Shown: positions 1 to 9,200 of the stretch, piece by piece
How positions within the stretch are numbered: the first letter of the stretch is position 1
Layout: every line of letters begins with the position of its first letter
Origin: Desulfobacterales bacterium
GTDB lineage: Bacteria > Desulfobacterota > Desulfobacteria > Desulfobacterales > Desulfolunaceae
Direction: 5' to 3'
Length of the DNA: 64,000 bases
Assembly: GCA_022360815.1 (NCBI GenBank)
Contig: JAKSCC010000189.1
Span: forward strand, 19,145-83,144
Notes under the pieces: model-generated
Seen by the model: only the letters and a program-made list of their open reading frames with translations
Database searches by the model: none
Told to the model about the DNA's origin: nothing
Made by a program: the position numbers and the translations under genes

Positions 1-114
1 AATGGGCGTATGGGCAAGGGCGGAATGGTGCACCTCATGAGCCCTGCATCGGCTGCGGCAACCGCGCTGACCGGCGTGATCAGCAATTCACACATCTTCA
101 CGGGCGGGGAGTAA
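1..114 (+). CDS. leuC: 3-isopropylmalate dehydratase large subunit, C-terminal fragment (gene starts before window)
   Basis: Frame 1 reads NGRMGKGGMVHLMSPASAAATALTG...*, the GRMG/hSP C-terminal motif of LeuC; directly upstream of leuD. Confidence 0.88.
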   Translation, partial: NGRMGKGGMVHLMSPASAAATALTGVISNSHIFTGGE

Positions 115-119
115 GAGAG

Positions 120-644
120 ATGAAGAATTTCAATGGAAATGTGCTTTTTCTGGATCGCAGCGATATCAATACCGATGAGATCATTCCAGCAAGATACCTC
201 ACCGAGATCACCAAAGATGCCTTGAAACCCTACCTTCTTGAAGATCTTGAGCTTCAAGGGTTTGATCCTGCTACCGATATTGAGTCCGCAGGAGCTGTGG
301 TGACCCGGGCCAACTTTGGATGTGGTTCCTCACGAGAGCATGCCCCTTGGGCCTTCGAAGTCAACGATATCAACATCGTCATCGGCGAGAGCTACGCGCG
401 AATTTTCAAACAAAATATGTTTAACTGCGGGATGATGGCCGTTACCCTGGCGCCTGAGGTGATTGAGTCCTTGTTTGCAACATTTGCGGGAAAAAAGACC
501 ACCCTTGAAACAAATTTGGACGAAGCCCTGTTTCTATTTGAGGCAGAAGGGGAGCGTATGGAAATTCCCTTTGAGATCTCCGAGTTTGATCGTGCCTTGG
601 TGGAGGCCGGTGGCTGGGTAGGGTTTGCCGATAAGAATTACTGA
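120..644 (+). CDS. leuD: 3-isopropylmalate dehydratase small subunit
   Basis: DINTDEIIP and NFGCGSSREHAPWA motifs. Confidence 0.93.
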   Translation: MKNFNGNVLFLDRSDINTDEIIPARYLTEITKDALKPYLLEDLELQGFDPATDIESAGAVVTRANFGCGSSREHAPWAFEVNDINIVIGESYARIFKQNMFNCGMMAVTLAPEVIESLFATFAGKKTTLETNLDEALFLFEAEGERMEIPFEISEFDRALVEAGGWVGFADKNY

Positions 645-1120
645 TGTCAAATGAAGCAAGAAAAATGGACCGATGGGATTGAAACCATTGAGTCTATAGC
701 GTGTGGTGTGCCTGACGGTGCACCGTTTTGGGCATGACAAGAAAAGCACCCTGTGAATCGGCCTTCTTTTTTTTAAGGTGAATGGCCTTTCGGGTGCAGG
801 GCGGGATGGTATGCACAACAGGCGGGGGGCGGCTGTCCAAAGGGCGGTCGGCCCCCTTTTGTTTACGAGGAAAAGGTGGTATGGTCTCACCGTGCCGAAT
901 TCTAAAGTGTTTTTGGTATGCAGATGCCCAGATATTGAGTAAACCTTGACGATTTCGAAAAAGGTCATTTGCTGCCGTAGCAATTTCCAGTATTCAGAGG
1001 CCGTGTGATGAGCAGCCCATTTGGAATGTGGGTTTTTGAGCAAGGTCATCAAATCTTACGTGGCAAAGATAGCAGGTTAAGCGGAAGGGATACTCCGCCA
1101 GAATCATCAACAATCACGAG

Positions 1121-1393
1121 ATGGATTCCATGAAACGTTTTGAGGAGCTCTTTGAAGAGCTGAAGAGAAAGGTGGCGGCTGACGACCCTGAATCTGGGAC
1201 AGTCAAGGCGATTCGCGCTGGAAAGCACGCCATCGGTAAAAAGGTGCTTGAAGAGGCCGGAGAGGTCTGGATAGCGGCAGAGTATGAAGGGAAAGAGAAG
1301 ACCGCAGAAGAGATTTCACAGCTCCTTTACCATCTTCAGGTGATGATGATTGCCTGCGATTTGGAGCTGGAAGATATTTACAAATACCTCTGA
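1121..1393 (+). CDS. hisE: phosphoribosyl-ATP pyrophosphatase
   Basis: [12 protein letters not shown] and [12 protein letters not shown] motifs; adjacent to hisG. Confidence 0.93.
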   Translation: MDSMKRFEELFEELKRKVAADDPESGTVKAIRAGKHAIGKKVLEEAGEVWIAAEYEGKEKTAEEISQLLYHLQVMMIACDLELEDIYKYL

Positions 1394-1415
1394 TGCCTTG
1401 AAGGAACAATTCATT

Positions 1416-2267
1416 ATGCTGAAAATAGCACTTCCCAATAAAGGGTCTCTCTCAGAGGAGTCCCAGGCCCTTATCTCTGAAGCCGGATACAACTGCAAGC
1501 GCTACAGCCGGGAGTTGAAGGTCACCGATGTGAAAAATCAGGTGGAGTTCATCTTTTTGCGTCCCAGAGATATCGCCGTTTATGTACAAAACGGTATCAT
1601 TGATCTGGGCATCACCGGTCGTGATCTGGCGCAGGACAGCGATGCGGATGTGACAGAGCTTCTTGCTCTGGGTTTTGGGCGCTCCAATTTTTGCTACGCT
1701 GTGCCCGAAGAGAGCCTTTTGACCCCTGAAGGGTTTCAGGGCAAGCGCATTGCGACATCTTATCCTGGCTTGGTCAAGCGGGATCTCCAGAGTCGAAATA
1801 TCAACGCCCAAGTTATCAAGCTTGACGGAGCCATTGAGATCTCCATCAACCTTGGGGTGGCCGACGTTATTGCCGACGTGGTTCAAACCGGCCGCACCAT
1901 GGCCGAAGCTGGGCTTCGCATCAGCGGTGGTCCCATCATGGAGTCTGAAGCGACTTTGGTGACCCGTAAAGGCCGTGAGGCCGGTCTGACCTCTGCTGAG
2001 GAGATTTTTATTCAGAGACTTCGAGGGATTGTCGTGGCCCGGGAGTATGTGATGGTAGAGTACGATGTGGCCAAAGCGTCTCTTGAGGCGGCGTGCAGTG
2101 TAACCCCGGGTATTGAGGCACCCACTGTGGCCCCTCTGCGCCGGGATGGGTGGTTTGCCGTAAAAGCCATGGCGAAAAAGTGTGAAATCAATACGATCAT
2201 GGATCGCCTCTGTGATGTGGGGGCCAAAGGCATTATCGTCACCGATATTCGAACCTGTCGCCTGTAA
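1416..2267 (+). CDS. hisG: ATP phosphoribosyltransferase, long form
   Basis: MLKIALPNKGSL, RPRDIA, DLGITGRD, RIATSYP, DVVQTGRT motifs plus C-terminal regulatory domain; ATG at 1416 after AAGGA. Confidence 0.95.
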   Translation: MLKIALPNKGSLSEESQALISEAGYNCKRYSRELKVTDVKNQVEFIFLRPRDIAVYVQNGIIDLGITGRDLAQDSDADVTELLALGFGRSNFCYAVPEESLLTPEGFQGKRIATSYPGLVKRDLQSRNINAQVIKLDGAIEISINLGVADVIADVVQTGRTMAEAGLRISGGPIMESEATLVTRKGREAGLTSAEEIFIQRLRGIVVAREYVMVEYDVAKASLEAACSVTPGIEAPTVAPLRRDGWFAVKAMAKKCEINTIMDRLCDVGAKGIIVTDIRTCRL

Positions 2268-2280
2268 GGTTATCAAAAGC

Positions 2281-2327
2281 AAGAGCCATCTGCAGGCACG
2301 GTTTGGGTGTGTGGGTGGCTTTTTTTT
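2281..2327 (+). terminator. probable intrinsic terminator after hisG
   Basis: agccatctgca...tgtgggtggct stem followed by a T run. Confidence 0.55.
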
Positions 2328-2418
2328 ATCTGTAAAAGAAACAATGTTTGACGCGGGTGGGGCGTACGAACAACGGCTGTGGACGGCCGCATGTTTTTTC
2401 TTGAGAAGGGGCATCCAA

Positions 2419-2811
2419 ATGGTATTTATTCCGACAATGGTGGCGTTGCTCCTTGCCACACACTTCGGCAGGCAGGGGTTTATTTACGGTTTTATTCTTG
2501 GCATCACCATGGAGGTGGTGAACCTGTTGGTCTCGACGCGTGTTGTCAAGCGTGCGGAAGAGGCCACGAAAAAGCGATACATGGGGCTTTTGGATAAGAA
2601 AAAGGAACGTGAAAAGCTCCTTGAAGAGCGGTGCGAGTCTTTGACACGTGAAATCGATACACTGGATCGCCAGGTAAAAGATTTGGAGGAGAAGACCAAC
2701 GGCTTCATGCACCAGGTTACCGAAGCCGAAAAGCAGATCGATACGCTTCGGGCTGAAAACGAGAAGCAGGCCCGTATAATTGAAGCCGCAGCCAAGGGGA
2801 AGTGGGAATAG
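2419..2811 (+). CDS. hypothetical membrane-anchored coiled-coil protein
   Basis: Two N-terminal hydrophobic segments, then a charged heptad-rich region; ATG after AAGGGG. Confidence 0.7.
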   Translation: MVFIPTMVALLLATHFGRQGFIYGFILGITMEVVNLLVSTRVVKRAEEATKKRYMGLLDKKKEREKLLEERCESLTREIDTLDRQVKDLEEKTNGFMHQVTEAEKQIDTLRAENEKQARIIEAAAKGKWE

Positions 2812-2901
2812 CCCTTTTTTGTTCCCTTAGCCCTGTCTAATTTGCTCAAATAATCCTTGTCATCAACCCAATCAATCAGATATTGTAACCTGCTCCTGAC
2901 C

Positions 2902-2929
2902 ATGCTCCGACGTTTGCCGGAGCATTTTT
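2902..2929 (+). terminator. probable intrinsic terminator
   Basis: atgctccg-N8-cggagcat followed by tttt. Confidence 0.5.
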
Positions 2930-3035
2930 GTCAGGGGTGTTTAAGCCATTTGCTTTTTGCACATGGAGTGCATTCGTGGAGAGCTGTGCCAAATGGTTCA
3001 GCTTTTCGACATCCTATTTGAAGGGCAGCGAAGAT

Positions 3036-4427
3036 ATGAGTGTAAAAAAAGGTGAAGTGATCGAGCTTTTGGTAAGCGATATGGCCTTTGGTGGCCGCGG
3101 TCTTGCCAAAGTGGACGGCATGGCGGTTTTTATTGATGGGGCCGTTGCTGGAGACAGGGTCCGTGCACGGGTCTTTAAAAAGAAGAAGAGTTTTGCCGAA
3201 GCCCGTGTGGTGGAGATCCTTGATCCTTCAGAGCACCGCGTAGAGCCTCGCTGTGAGTACGCTTCCTGGTGCGGTGGATGCAAGTGGCAGTTTCTCGATT
3301 ATGCCAAGCAGCTGGAGTACAAACGCAACCATGTGGTGGAGTCCCTTTCGCACATTGGCAACATTCAGGATGTGACCGTTCATCCAACCCTGGCCTCTAA
3401 GCATATCTTTGGATACCGAAACAAGATGGAGTTCTCTTGTTCAGAGAGCCGCTGGCTCCTGCCCCACGAACTTTCAGATCCTGAGATTGAAAAGGGCATG
3501 GGAATCGGGCTTCATGTACCAGGGACCTTCAGCAAGGTGATCGACATCAAGGCGTGTCACATTCAGCCGGAGATGGGAAATAAACTCCTTGGGTTTGTGC
3601 GTGAATACATCAAATCCTCAGGAGAGCCTGTTTATGGACTCAAAAGCCACGAAGGATTCTGGCGCTTTGTGATGTTGCGTCACTCGTACCACGAAGACCA
3701 GTGGATGGTGAATTTGGTGACAGCCCAGGACAAGCCCGAAGTGGTTCAGCCTCTGGCCGATGCGTTGAGGGAGGCCTTTCCAGAAGTGGCCTCGGTCATG
3801 AACAACATCACAAGTCGAAAAGCGGGCATCGCTGTAGGAGAGAGTGAAAAGTGCCTTGCTGGAAAGCCGTACATTACCGATCGTCTGGGCGAATACACCT
3901 TTCACATTTCAGCCAACTCTTTTTTTCAGACCAACACACCGGGTGCCGAAGCCCTTTACTCGAAAGTGGAAGAGTATGCCGGGCTGACAGGCTCTGAACG
4001 GGTTATCGATCTCTACAGTGGAACGGGCACCATTCCCATCTGGCTCTCCAAAGGGGCTCAAGAGATTACCGGCCTTGAAATTGTGCCCAGCGCCATTGAG
4101 GATGCTGCGGAGAACTGCCGTCGAAACGACGTGACCAATTGTCGATTTGTTTTGGGGGATGTGCGCCATGAACTTCCCGATGTGGATGTAAAGCCCGATG
4201 TGATGATTATCGATCCGCCCCGGGCAGGCATGCACAAAGAGGTGGTTCAGCGTGTGGCAGAGCTTTGTCCTGAGCGTATTGTTTACGTGTCGTGCAACCC
4301 CGCCACCCTGGCACGCGATCTTGAGATGCTGAAAGCGCATTACGAAATCTGTGAAGTTCAGCCCGTCGATATGTTTCCCCATACATTCCACATCGAGGCT
4401 GTGGCGAGGCTTGAGCGTAAAGCCTAG
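3036..4427 (+). CDS. rlmD: 23S rRNA (uracil1939-C5)-methyltransferase
   Basis: TRAM domain, CxxxxxCGGC Fe-S motif, SFFQTN, DLYSGTG, DPPRAG, YVSCNPATLARD, DMFPHTFHIE. Confidence 0.93.
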   Translation: MSVKKGEVIELLVSDMAFGGRGLAKVDGMAVFIDGAVAGDRVRARVFKKKKSFAEARVVEILDPSEHRVEPRCEYASWCGGCKWQFLDYAKQLEYKRNHVVESLSHIGNIQDVTVHPTLASKHIFGYRNKMEFSCSESRWLLPHELSDPEIEKGMGIGLHVPGTFSKVIDIKACHIQPEMGNKLLGFVREYIKSSGEPVYGLKSHEGFWRFVMLRHSYHEDQWMVNLVTAQDKPEVVQPLADALREAFPEVASVMNNITSRKAGIAVGESEKCLAGKPYITDRLGEYTFHISANSFFQTNTPGAEALYSKVEEYAGLTGSERVIDLYSGTGTIPIWLSKGAQEITGLEIVPSAIEDAAENCRRNDVTNCRFVLGDVRHELPDVDVKPDVMIIDPPRAGMHKEVVQRVAELCPERIVYVSCNPATLARDLEMLKAHYEICEVQPVDMFPHTFHIEAVARLERKA

Positions 4428-4616
4428 TAAAATACTTAATGGCGATGAGATTTTTCGTCAGAAATGAATAGAACGGCGCTCTGTGAAGTGAATTTACGAT
4501 TTTTTCGCGAATTCTTTTATCGGGTAGTTAAATAATAGGACCAAAACGGGTGCTGAGATATTTATTTTTTGAAGGAATAGGGCGGTTGTGAGCAACACAC
4601 TTTGCCGTCCTATTTC

Positions 4617-4653
4617 TTAAGGGATTGACAAATTCCTTAAAATTTATTAAGTT
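4617..4653 (+). promoter_or_regulatory. sigma70-type promoter with overlapping palindromic operator
   Basis: TTGACA (4625-4630), 17-nt spacer, TAAGTT (4648-4653); imperfect palindrome ttaagggatt-gaca-aattccttaa at 4617-4640. Confidence 0.55.
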
Positions 4654-4786
4654 AACTCCTTTAAGACAAAAACAAAATAAAAAATGAAATTGCGGAGTGA
4701 AGGGGAGCAGTCATCGACTCATGTTTATATTCCCTTAATACACCCTTACAGAAAAGGAGCCTAAATTCCCGGACTTCCGCAGGAAC

Positions 4787-6112
4787 ATGCAGGCAAAAGG
4801 GGGTCGTTTGAGCAAAATAAACATTAAATCTAAATCCTACAAAGCGTTTACGACACGCACCATTGAGACAATTCCGCAATTTGCAGCTCTTCCCAGTGAA
4901 ATCCACGACGCCATTGAGACCGTTTCCCGTGTGATGCCGTTTCGGGCCAGCAACTATGTAATCGATGAACTCATCGATTGGGATCGTCCCGCAGAAGATC
5001 CCATTTTTCGTCTGATTTTTCCCCAGAAGGGGATGCTGAGCCCTGAAGACTATGACTCTTTGGCTTCCAAGGTGCGGGCCGGTGAGCCCGAAGCCGTTCT
5101 TAAAGAGGAGGCCCGGCGGATTCAACAAAAGATGAATCCCCACCCTGCAGGCCAGATGGAACTCAACGTTCCCAAGTGTGGTGGAGAGACCATCAACGGC
5201 ATGCAGCACAAATACCGTGAAACCGTTCTCTTTTTTCCGAGTCAGGGGCAGGTTTGTCATGCGTATTGTACCTACTGTTTCAGGTGGGCCCAGTTTGTGG
5301 GGGTCGATGATCTGCGGTTTGCCTGTGGCGATCCTCAGGCGCTGATTACCTACCTTAAAAATCACCCTGAGGTGACCGACGTGCTTTTTACGGGTGGTGA
5401 TCCTCTGATCATGAGCAGCCGTATTATAAGGCGCTATGTGGAACCTATCCTTAAAGAGCGTCCCGGCAATGTTCGCTCCATACGCTTTGGAACCAAAGTG
5501 GCTGCCTACTGGCCGTATCGTTTTCTTACCGATAAAGATGCCGATGATCTGATTCGTCTTTTTGATGAGATTATTGATGCGGGATATCACCTGGCCATCA
5601 TGAGTCATTTCACGCACAACCGTGAGTTGGAGACCGACGCGGCAAAGGCGGCCATTCGGCGTCTTGTGTCGACCGGTGCCAATGTGCGCTGCCAGGCCCC
5701 TTTGATTCACCACATCAACGACGATCCGCAGGTGTGGCGCACCATGTGGGAAACCCAGGTGTCACTGGGCGCTGTTCCCTATTACATGTTTATCGAAAGA
5801 GATACCGGACCCAAAGAGTACTTCAGTGTGCCATTGGGACGAGCCTATGAGATCTTTACCGAGGCTTATAGTCAAGTTTCCGGCCTTGCACGAACCGTTC
5901 GTGGTCCTTCCATGAGTGCCACTCCGGGAAAGGTTCTGGTCGACGGTGTTACAGAGCTTGGCGGTGAAAAACTTTTTGCCCTGAAGTTTATTCAGGCAAG
6001 GGACCCCAAATGGGTGAACCGTCTCTTCTTTGCCAAATACGACGAGAACGCAACCTGGCTGGATGATCTGACGCCTGCCTTTGGTGAGAAAAAGTTCTTT
6101 TTCGAAGCCTAA
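4787..6112 (+). CDS. KamA-family radical SAM / PLP 2,3-aminomutase (start may be TTG 4808)
   Basis: HKYRETVLFF, CHAYCTYCFR (CxxxCxxC), FTGGDPL, PYYMF, and PGK as putative PLP lysine. Confidence 0.88.
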   Translation: MQAKGGRLSKINIKSKSYKAFTTRTIETIPQFAALPSEIHDAIETVSRVMPFRASNYVIDELIDWDRPAEDPIFRLIFPQKGMLSPEDYDSLASKVRAGEPEAVLKEEARRIQQKMNPHPAGQMELNVPKCGGETINGMQHKYRETVLFFPSQGQVCHAYCTYCFRWAQFVGVDDLRFACGDPQALITYLKNHPEVTDVLFTGGDPLIMSSRIIRRYVEPILKERPGNVRSIRFGTKVAAYWPYRFLTDKDADDLIRLFDEIIDAGYHLAIMSHFTHNRELETDAAKAAIRRLVSTGANVRCQAPLIHHINDDPQVWRTMWETQVSLGAVPYYMFIERDTGPKEYFSVPLGRAYEIFTEAYSQVSGLARTVRGPSMSATPGKVLVDGVTELGGEKLFALKFIQARDPKWVNRLFFAKYDENATWLDDLTPAFGEKKFFFEA

Positions 6113-6138
6113 TTTCGGTAGAATTTTTTTGAAGGAAT

Positions 6139-6189
6139 AAAAAAGCCGCTTTCGGATGTGAGAGAATCCTATCCGAAAGCGGCTTTTTT
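6139..6189. terminator. bidirectional intrinsic terminator
   Basis: aaaaaagccgctttcggat...atccgaaagcggctttttt between convergent genes. Confidence 0.85.
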
Positions 6190-6292
6190 GATGATGGGTA
6201 AAAAGAGAGTCAATAACCTATTTGAAATTTGGATACCATGGGGTGGCCCATGCGTGCTGCAGAACCTTCAAAATATGTCGTGCTCTCTTGTG

Positions 6293-6718
6293 TTACATAT
6301 CGGGCATGAACTTTTGAACCTGGGTGTTGATGCAGTGGTAGATTTCGTCATCGGCCCCATAGATGTCGATGACATCCTTATGATCGATAAGGGTCTCCAG
6401 CACAAAAGCTGTGAGAATCAGACTTACCACGTTGGGGTGGGCCACAAGCTCACGAAACGGGGCAATTTGGTAGTCGATTTCAAAATCATCCAGCCGTACC
6501 AGCTTTTCCAGTTTTTTTTCGATCTGCTCCTGAAGGGAGTTTTTACTGGTGGTCTCAATAAGGTTGTTCTCCACCAGTTTCTGGGAGACGGCATTGCTCA
6601 TGGGTTCAAGGTTATCCCGGGCCGTTTCAATGGAGATGCGTCTCTCTTTCTCTTTGGATGACTCTATTTTCGAAAGGAGCATGGACTCCTTGTTGTTGGG
6701 CCTGAATATTTTTCCCAT
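6293..6718 (-). CDS. hypothetical protein (possibly DUF507-like)
   Basis: Clean ORF with strong RBS (aggaggg) and protein-like composition; family assignment tentative. Confidence 0.7.
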   Translation of the reverse strand: MGKIFRPNNKESMLLSKIESSKEKERRISIETARDNLEPMSNAVSQKLVENNLIETTSKNSLQEQIEKKLEKLVRLDDFEIDYQIAPFRELVAHPNVVSLILTAFVLETLIDHKDVIDIYGADDEIYHCINTQVQKFMPDM

Positions 6719-6893
6719 TCACCCTCCTGTGGATTTCGTGGTGACGATCAATGACGCTGAGATGTCCGTAATCAGTGGCTTGAGCTCTTTGATTCGGTTG
6801 ATGGATCATAGCTTTACTCCCTTAAGAAAGCAAGGGAATTGTCACGGGAAAAGGGCCTTGAAATTTACGTAAATCGCAGCATGAAACAGAGGG

Positions 6894-8618
6894 TTATACC
6901 ATGTCATGGATAAGGATTTGCGGGCTTTTTCCTCCATTCCACCGATTCCACCTCAGGGCGTAAAGCATCTTTTCAATTCGTTTTTCGAATGGGCTTTGGG
7001 GGTGGTTGAAGCGGATGGCCATGCATTTGTCGTAGTGGGGTGAATTTTGAATCTCAAGAAGAAATCGGCGATGGCCACGGCCCACCTCAGAACTTGAGAG
7101 AACACGTACATTTTCCGCCATGAAGAGGGGTTCACGGTTGCCCTCTCCAAAAGGTGCCAGGCGTTCCAGCTCGTCAATCAGCTCAGGAGAGATTTGGGCC
7201 AGGGGCAGCAGAGCGTCGGGGGGGACGGCAACGTCGTAGTCCGCTTCGCAGGTGGTCTGGTTGAGATGGTTTTCCACGCTTTTGTGAAAGGCACCGATTT
7301 GTTTTGCTTCCACCTCCAGGCCTGCCGCCTGATGGTGCCCTCCAAATTTTATCAGTTGGTCTGCAGCAGAGCAGAGCGCCTGGTAGAGATCAATCCCAGG
7401 GATACTTCGGCCCGATCCTTTGCCTACGCCACGTTCGTTGACAGAGATGACAAAGGCAGGTTTTCCGTACTCCCGTACCACACGTGAGGCCACAATACCC
7501 AAAACCCCTGGATGCCATCCGTTTTTAGCCAGTACAAGGGCTTTTTTTTCAAGAGCAGCTGGGGTTTCGTCGAGGTAGCTTTTGATCTCTTCAAAAATTC
7601 GGGCCTCTTCATCTTGTCTTCGAGAGTTTAGGGTGCAGAGACTTTTAGCCAGGGGCAGGGCACTTTTCAGGGTGGGGCTCAGCATGAGGTCCAATCCGGT
7701 GTCCGGGGCTTCCATTCTGCCTGCTGCGTTGATGCGCGGGGCCAGACGAAAGGCGATATCTTCGGCGTCTACCCTCTCTTTGTTGACTTTCGATGCGGTA
7801 AGAAGCGAGGCAATGCCCGGTCTTGGTGTGGTGTTGATCACCTCCAGTCCTGCCTGGGTGAGAATGCGGTTGACTTTGGTTAGGGGAACAATATCGGCAA
7901 TGGTGCCCAGAGCCACCATGTCGCAGAGGGATTTCATGTTGGGCTCTGCCATGGGTTCCCAGTGGCCGACTGCTCGAAGTTCTGCACGAAGTGAGGCGGC
8001 CAGATAAAACGCAAGGCCGACACCGGCAAGGTTTTCAAGCCCTGATGGGCACGTGGGCTGTTTGGGATTGATGATGGCAAAGGCCTGTGGAAGGGTTTTG
8101 CCTGTGGTATGGTGGTCGGTGATAATGACATCAATGCCATGGCGGTTGGCTTCATCCACAGCTTCAAAGGAGGTTGATCCGCAGTCCACTGTTATAATGA
8201 GCTTTACCCCGTTGGGTATGGCCTGTTCATGGATCTGAGATGCATGAAATCCATAGCCGTGGGTTATCCTGTGGGGCAGGTGGCAGAAGATTTGGGCACC
8301 TGTCTGCCTTAAAAAGGTGGCCAGCACCGAGGTGGCTGTGATGCCGTCGGCATCGTAATCCCCACAAATGAGAATCGGTTCTCCCGTTGTGATGGCTTGG
8401 GCCACTCTTTGTGTGGCCTCTTTCATGCCCAGAAGGCTTTTGGGAGGGTAGTGCGTCAGTTGAGTCAGGTTGGGATTGAGGAAGGCCTCGGCCTCTTTTT
8501 GTGTCTCAATTCCCCTTTGAAGAAGAATCCCTGCGGTGATTTGGGATATTTTAAGGCCCTGACTCAGGGACTCTGCCCGCGAGGTGTCTGTTTTTTTAGG
8601 CGTCCAGCTTGATTGCAT
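6894..8618 (-). CDS. recJ: single-stranded-DNA exonuclease RecJ
   Basis: GDYDADG, ITVDCG, ITDHH, ALGTIAD, APRINAAGR, GSGRS, FGGH, APFGEGN. Confidence 0.95.
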   Translation of the reverse strand: MQSSWTPKKTDTSRAESLSQGLKISQITAGILLQRGIETQKEAEAFLNPNLTQLTHYPPKSLLGMKEATQRVAQAITTGEPILICGDYDADGITATSVLATFLRQTGAQIFCHLPHRITHGYGFHASQIHEQAIPNGVKLIITVDCGSTSFEAVDEANRHGIDVIITDHHTTGKTLPQAFAIINPKQPTCPSGLENLAGVGLAFYLAASLRAELRAVGHWEPMAEPNMKSLCDMVALGTIADIVPLTKVNRILTQAGLEVINTTPRPGIASLLTASKVNKERVDAEDIAFRLAPRINAAGRMEAPDTGLDLMLSPTLKSALPLAKSLCTLNSRRQDEEARIFEEIKSYLDETPAALEKKALVLAKNGWHPGVLGIVASRVVREYGKPAFVISVNERGVGKGSGRSIPGIDLYQALCSAADQLIKFGGHHQAAGLEVEAKQIGAFHKSVENHLNQTTCEADYDVAVPPDALLPLAQISPELIDELERLAPFGEGNREPLFMAENVRVLSSSEVGRGHRRFLLEIQNSPHYDKCMAIRFNHPQSPFEKRIEKMLYALRWNRWNGGKSPQILIHDMV

Positions 8619-8852
8619 GATCTCTTTTTTCATCTTTAGATGGAAGATCTGTGATGGGTGTGATGAGACCATACACCATCAAGGGGAGGGGTTCAAAGGG
8701 TTTTGGCGTTATAATTATAATAGGGGTGGTGCTGGATGGGGCAATATGGTAAAGGTGAACGTTTTTAAGTGGTTTGGCTGTTCATAAAGGGCAGAAAAGA
8801 TGTCCGTTGATGTTTTCGGCCATGAGGATGGAAATCATGACCCATGTGAGGA

Positions 8853-9116
8853 GTGCGTGTGGGGTGCATTGAGAGATATTTTAAACTCAGACGCGAAGAT
8901 ATCGTCTTTGTAAAATACACCTTTGAAGCTCTGGATAATCTTGCGGTAATGAGCACAGTCAATAAAGAGAGAGATCTCATTGTGCTTCGAGTTGCCCCGG
9001 GTTGTGAGGCCGAAGTGGATGAAGTGCTTGGCAGCCTTAAAGAGAGTGTGTCCATGGCCGAGGTGGCTCCGCCAGAAGGAGAGTCCATGGATGGGCTGAA
9101 ACCTTCGAAGGCTTGA
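8853..9116 (+). CDS. DUF4911-like small protein
   Basis: RREDIVFVKYTFEALDNLAVMSTV pattern; located upstream of miaB. Confidence 0.65.
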   Translation: MRVGCIERYFKLRREDIVFVKYTFEALDNLAVMSTVNKERDLIVLRVAPGCEAEVDEVLGSLKESVSMAEVAPPEGESMDGLKPSKA

Positions 9117-9200
9117 CAGCCATTCTGGATGACAAGGTTCCTGGGCTTTGGTAACGGTCCTTTGACCTTTTTCAAGAGCCATTAACATGTGAGAAGTACA

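Noticed and set aside
534-1052. 172-aa minus-strand ORF
   Set aside because: Overlaps leuD antisense, has no motifs, and its start falls in the degenerate repeat element
1081-1120. Possible his attenuator upstream of hisE
   Set aside because: Only a short gcgga/tccgc hairpin; no His-codon-rich leader peptide or terminator
1452-2459. 335-aa antisense ORF over hisG (also 4661-5713, 36435-37271, 55291-56262)
   Set aside because: Shadow ORFs opposite well-supported genes, with no recognisable domains
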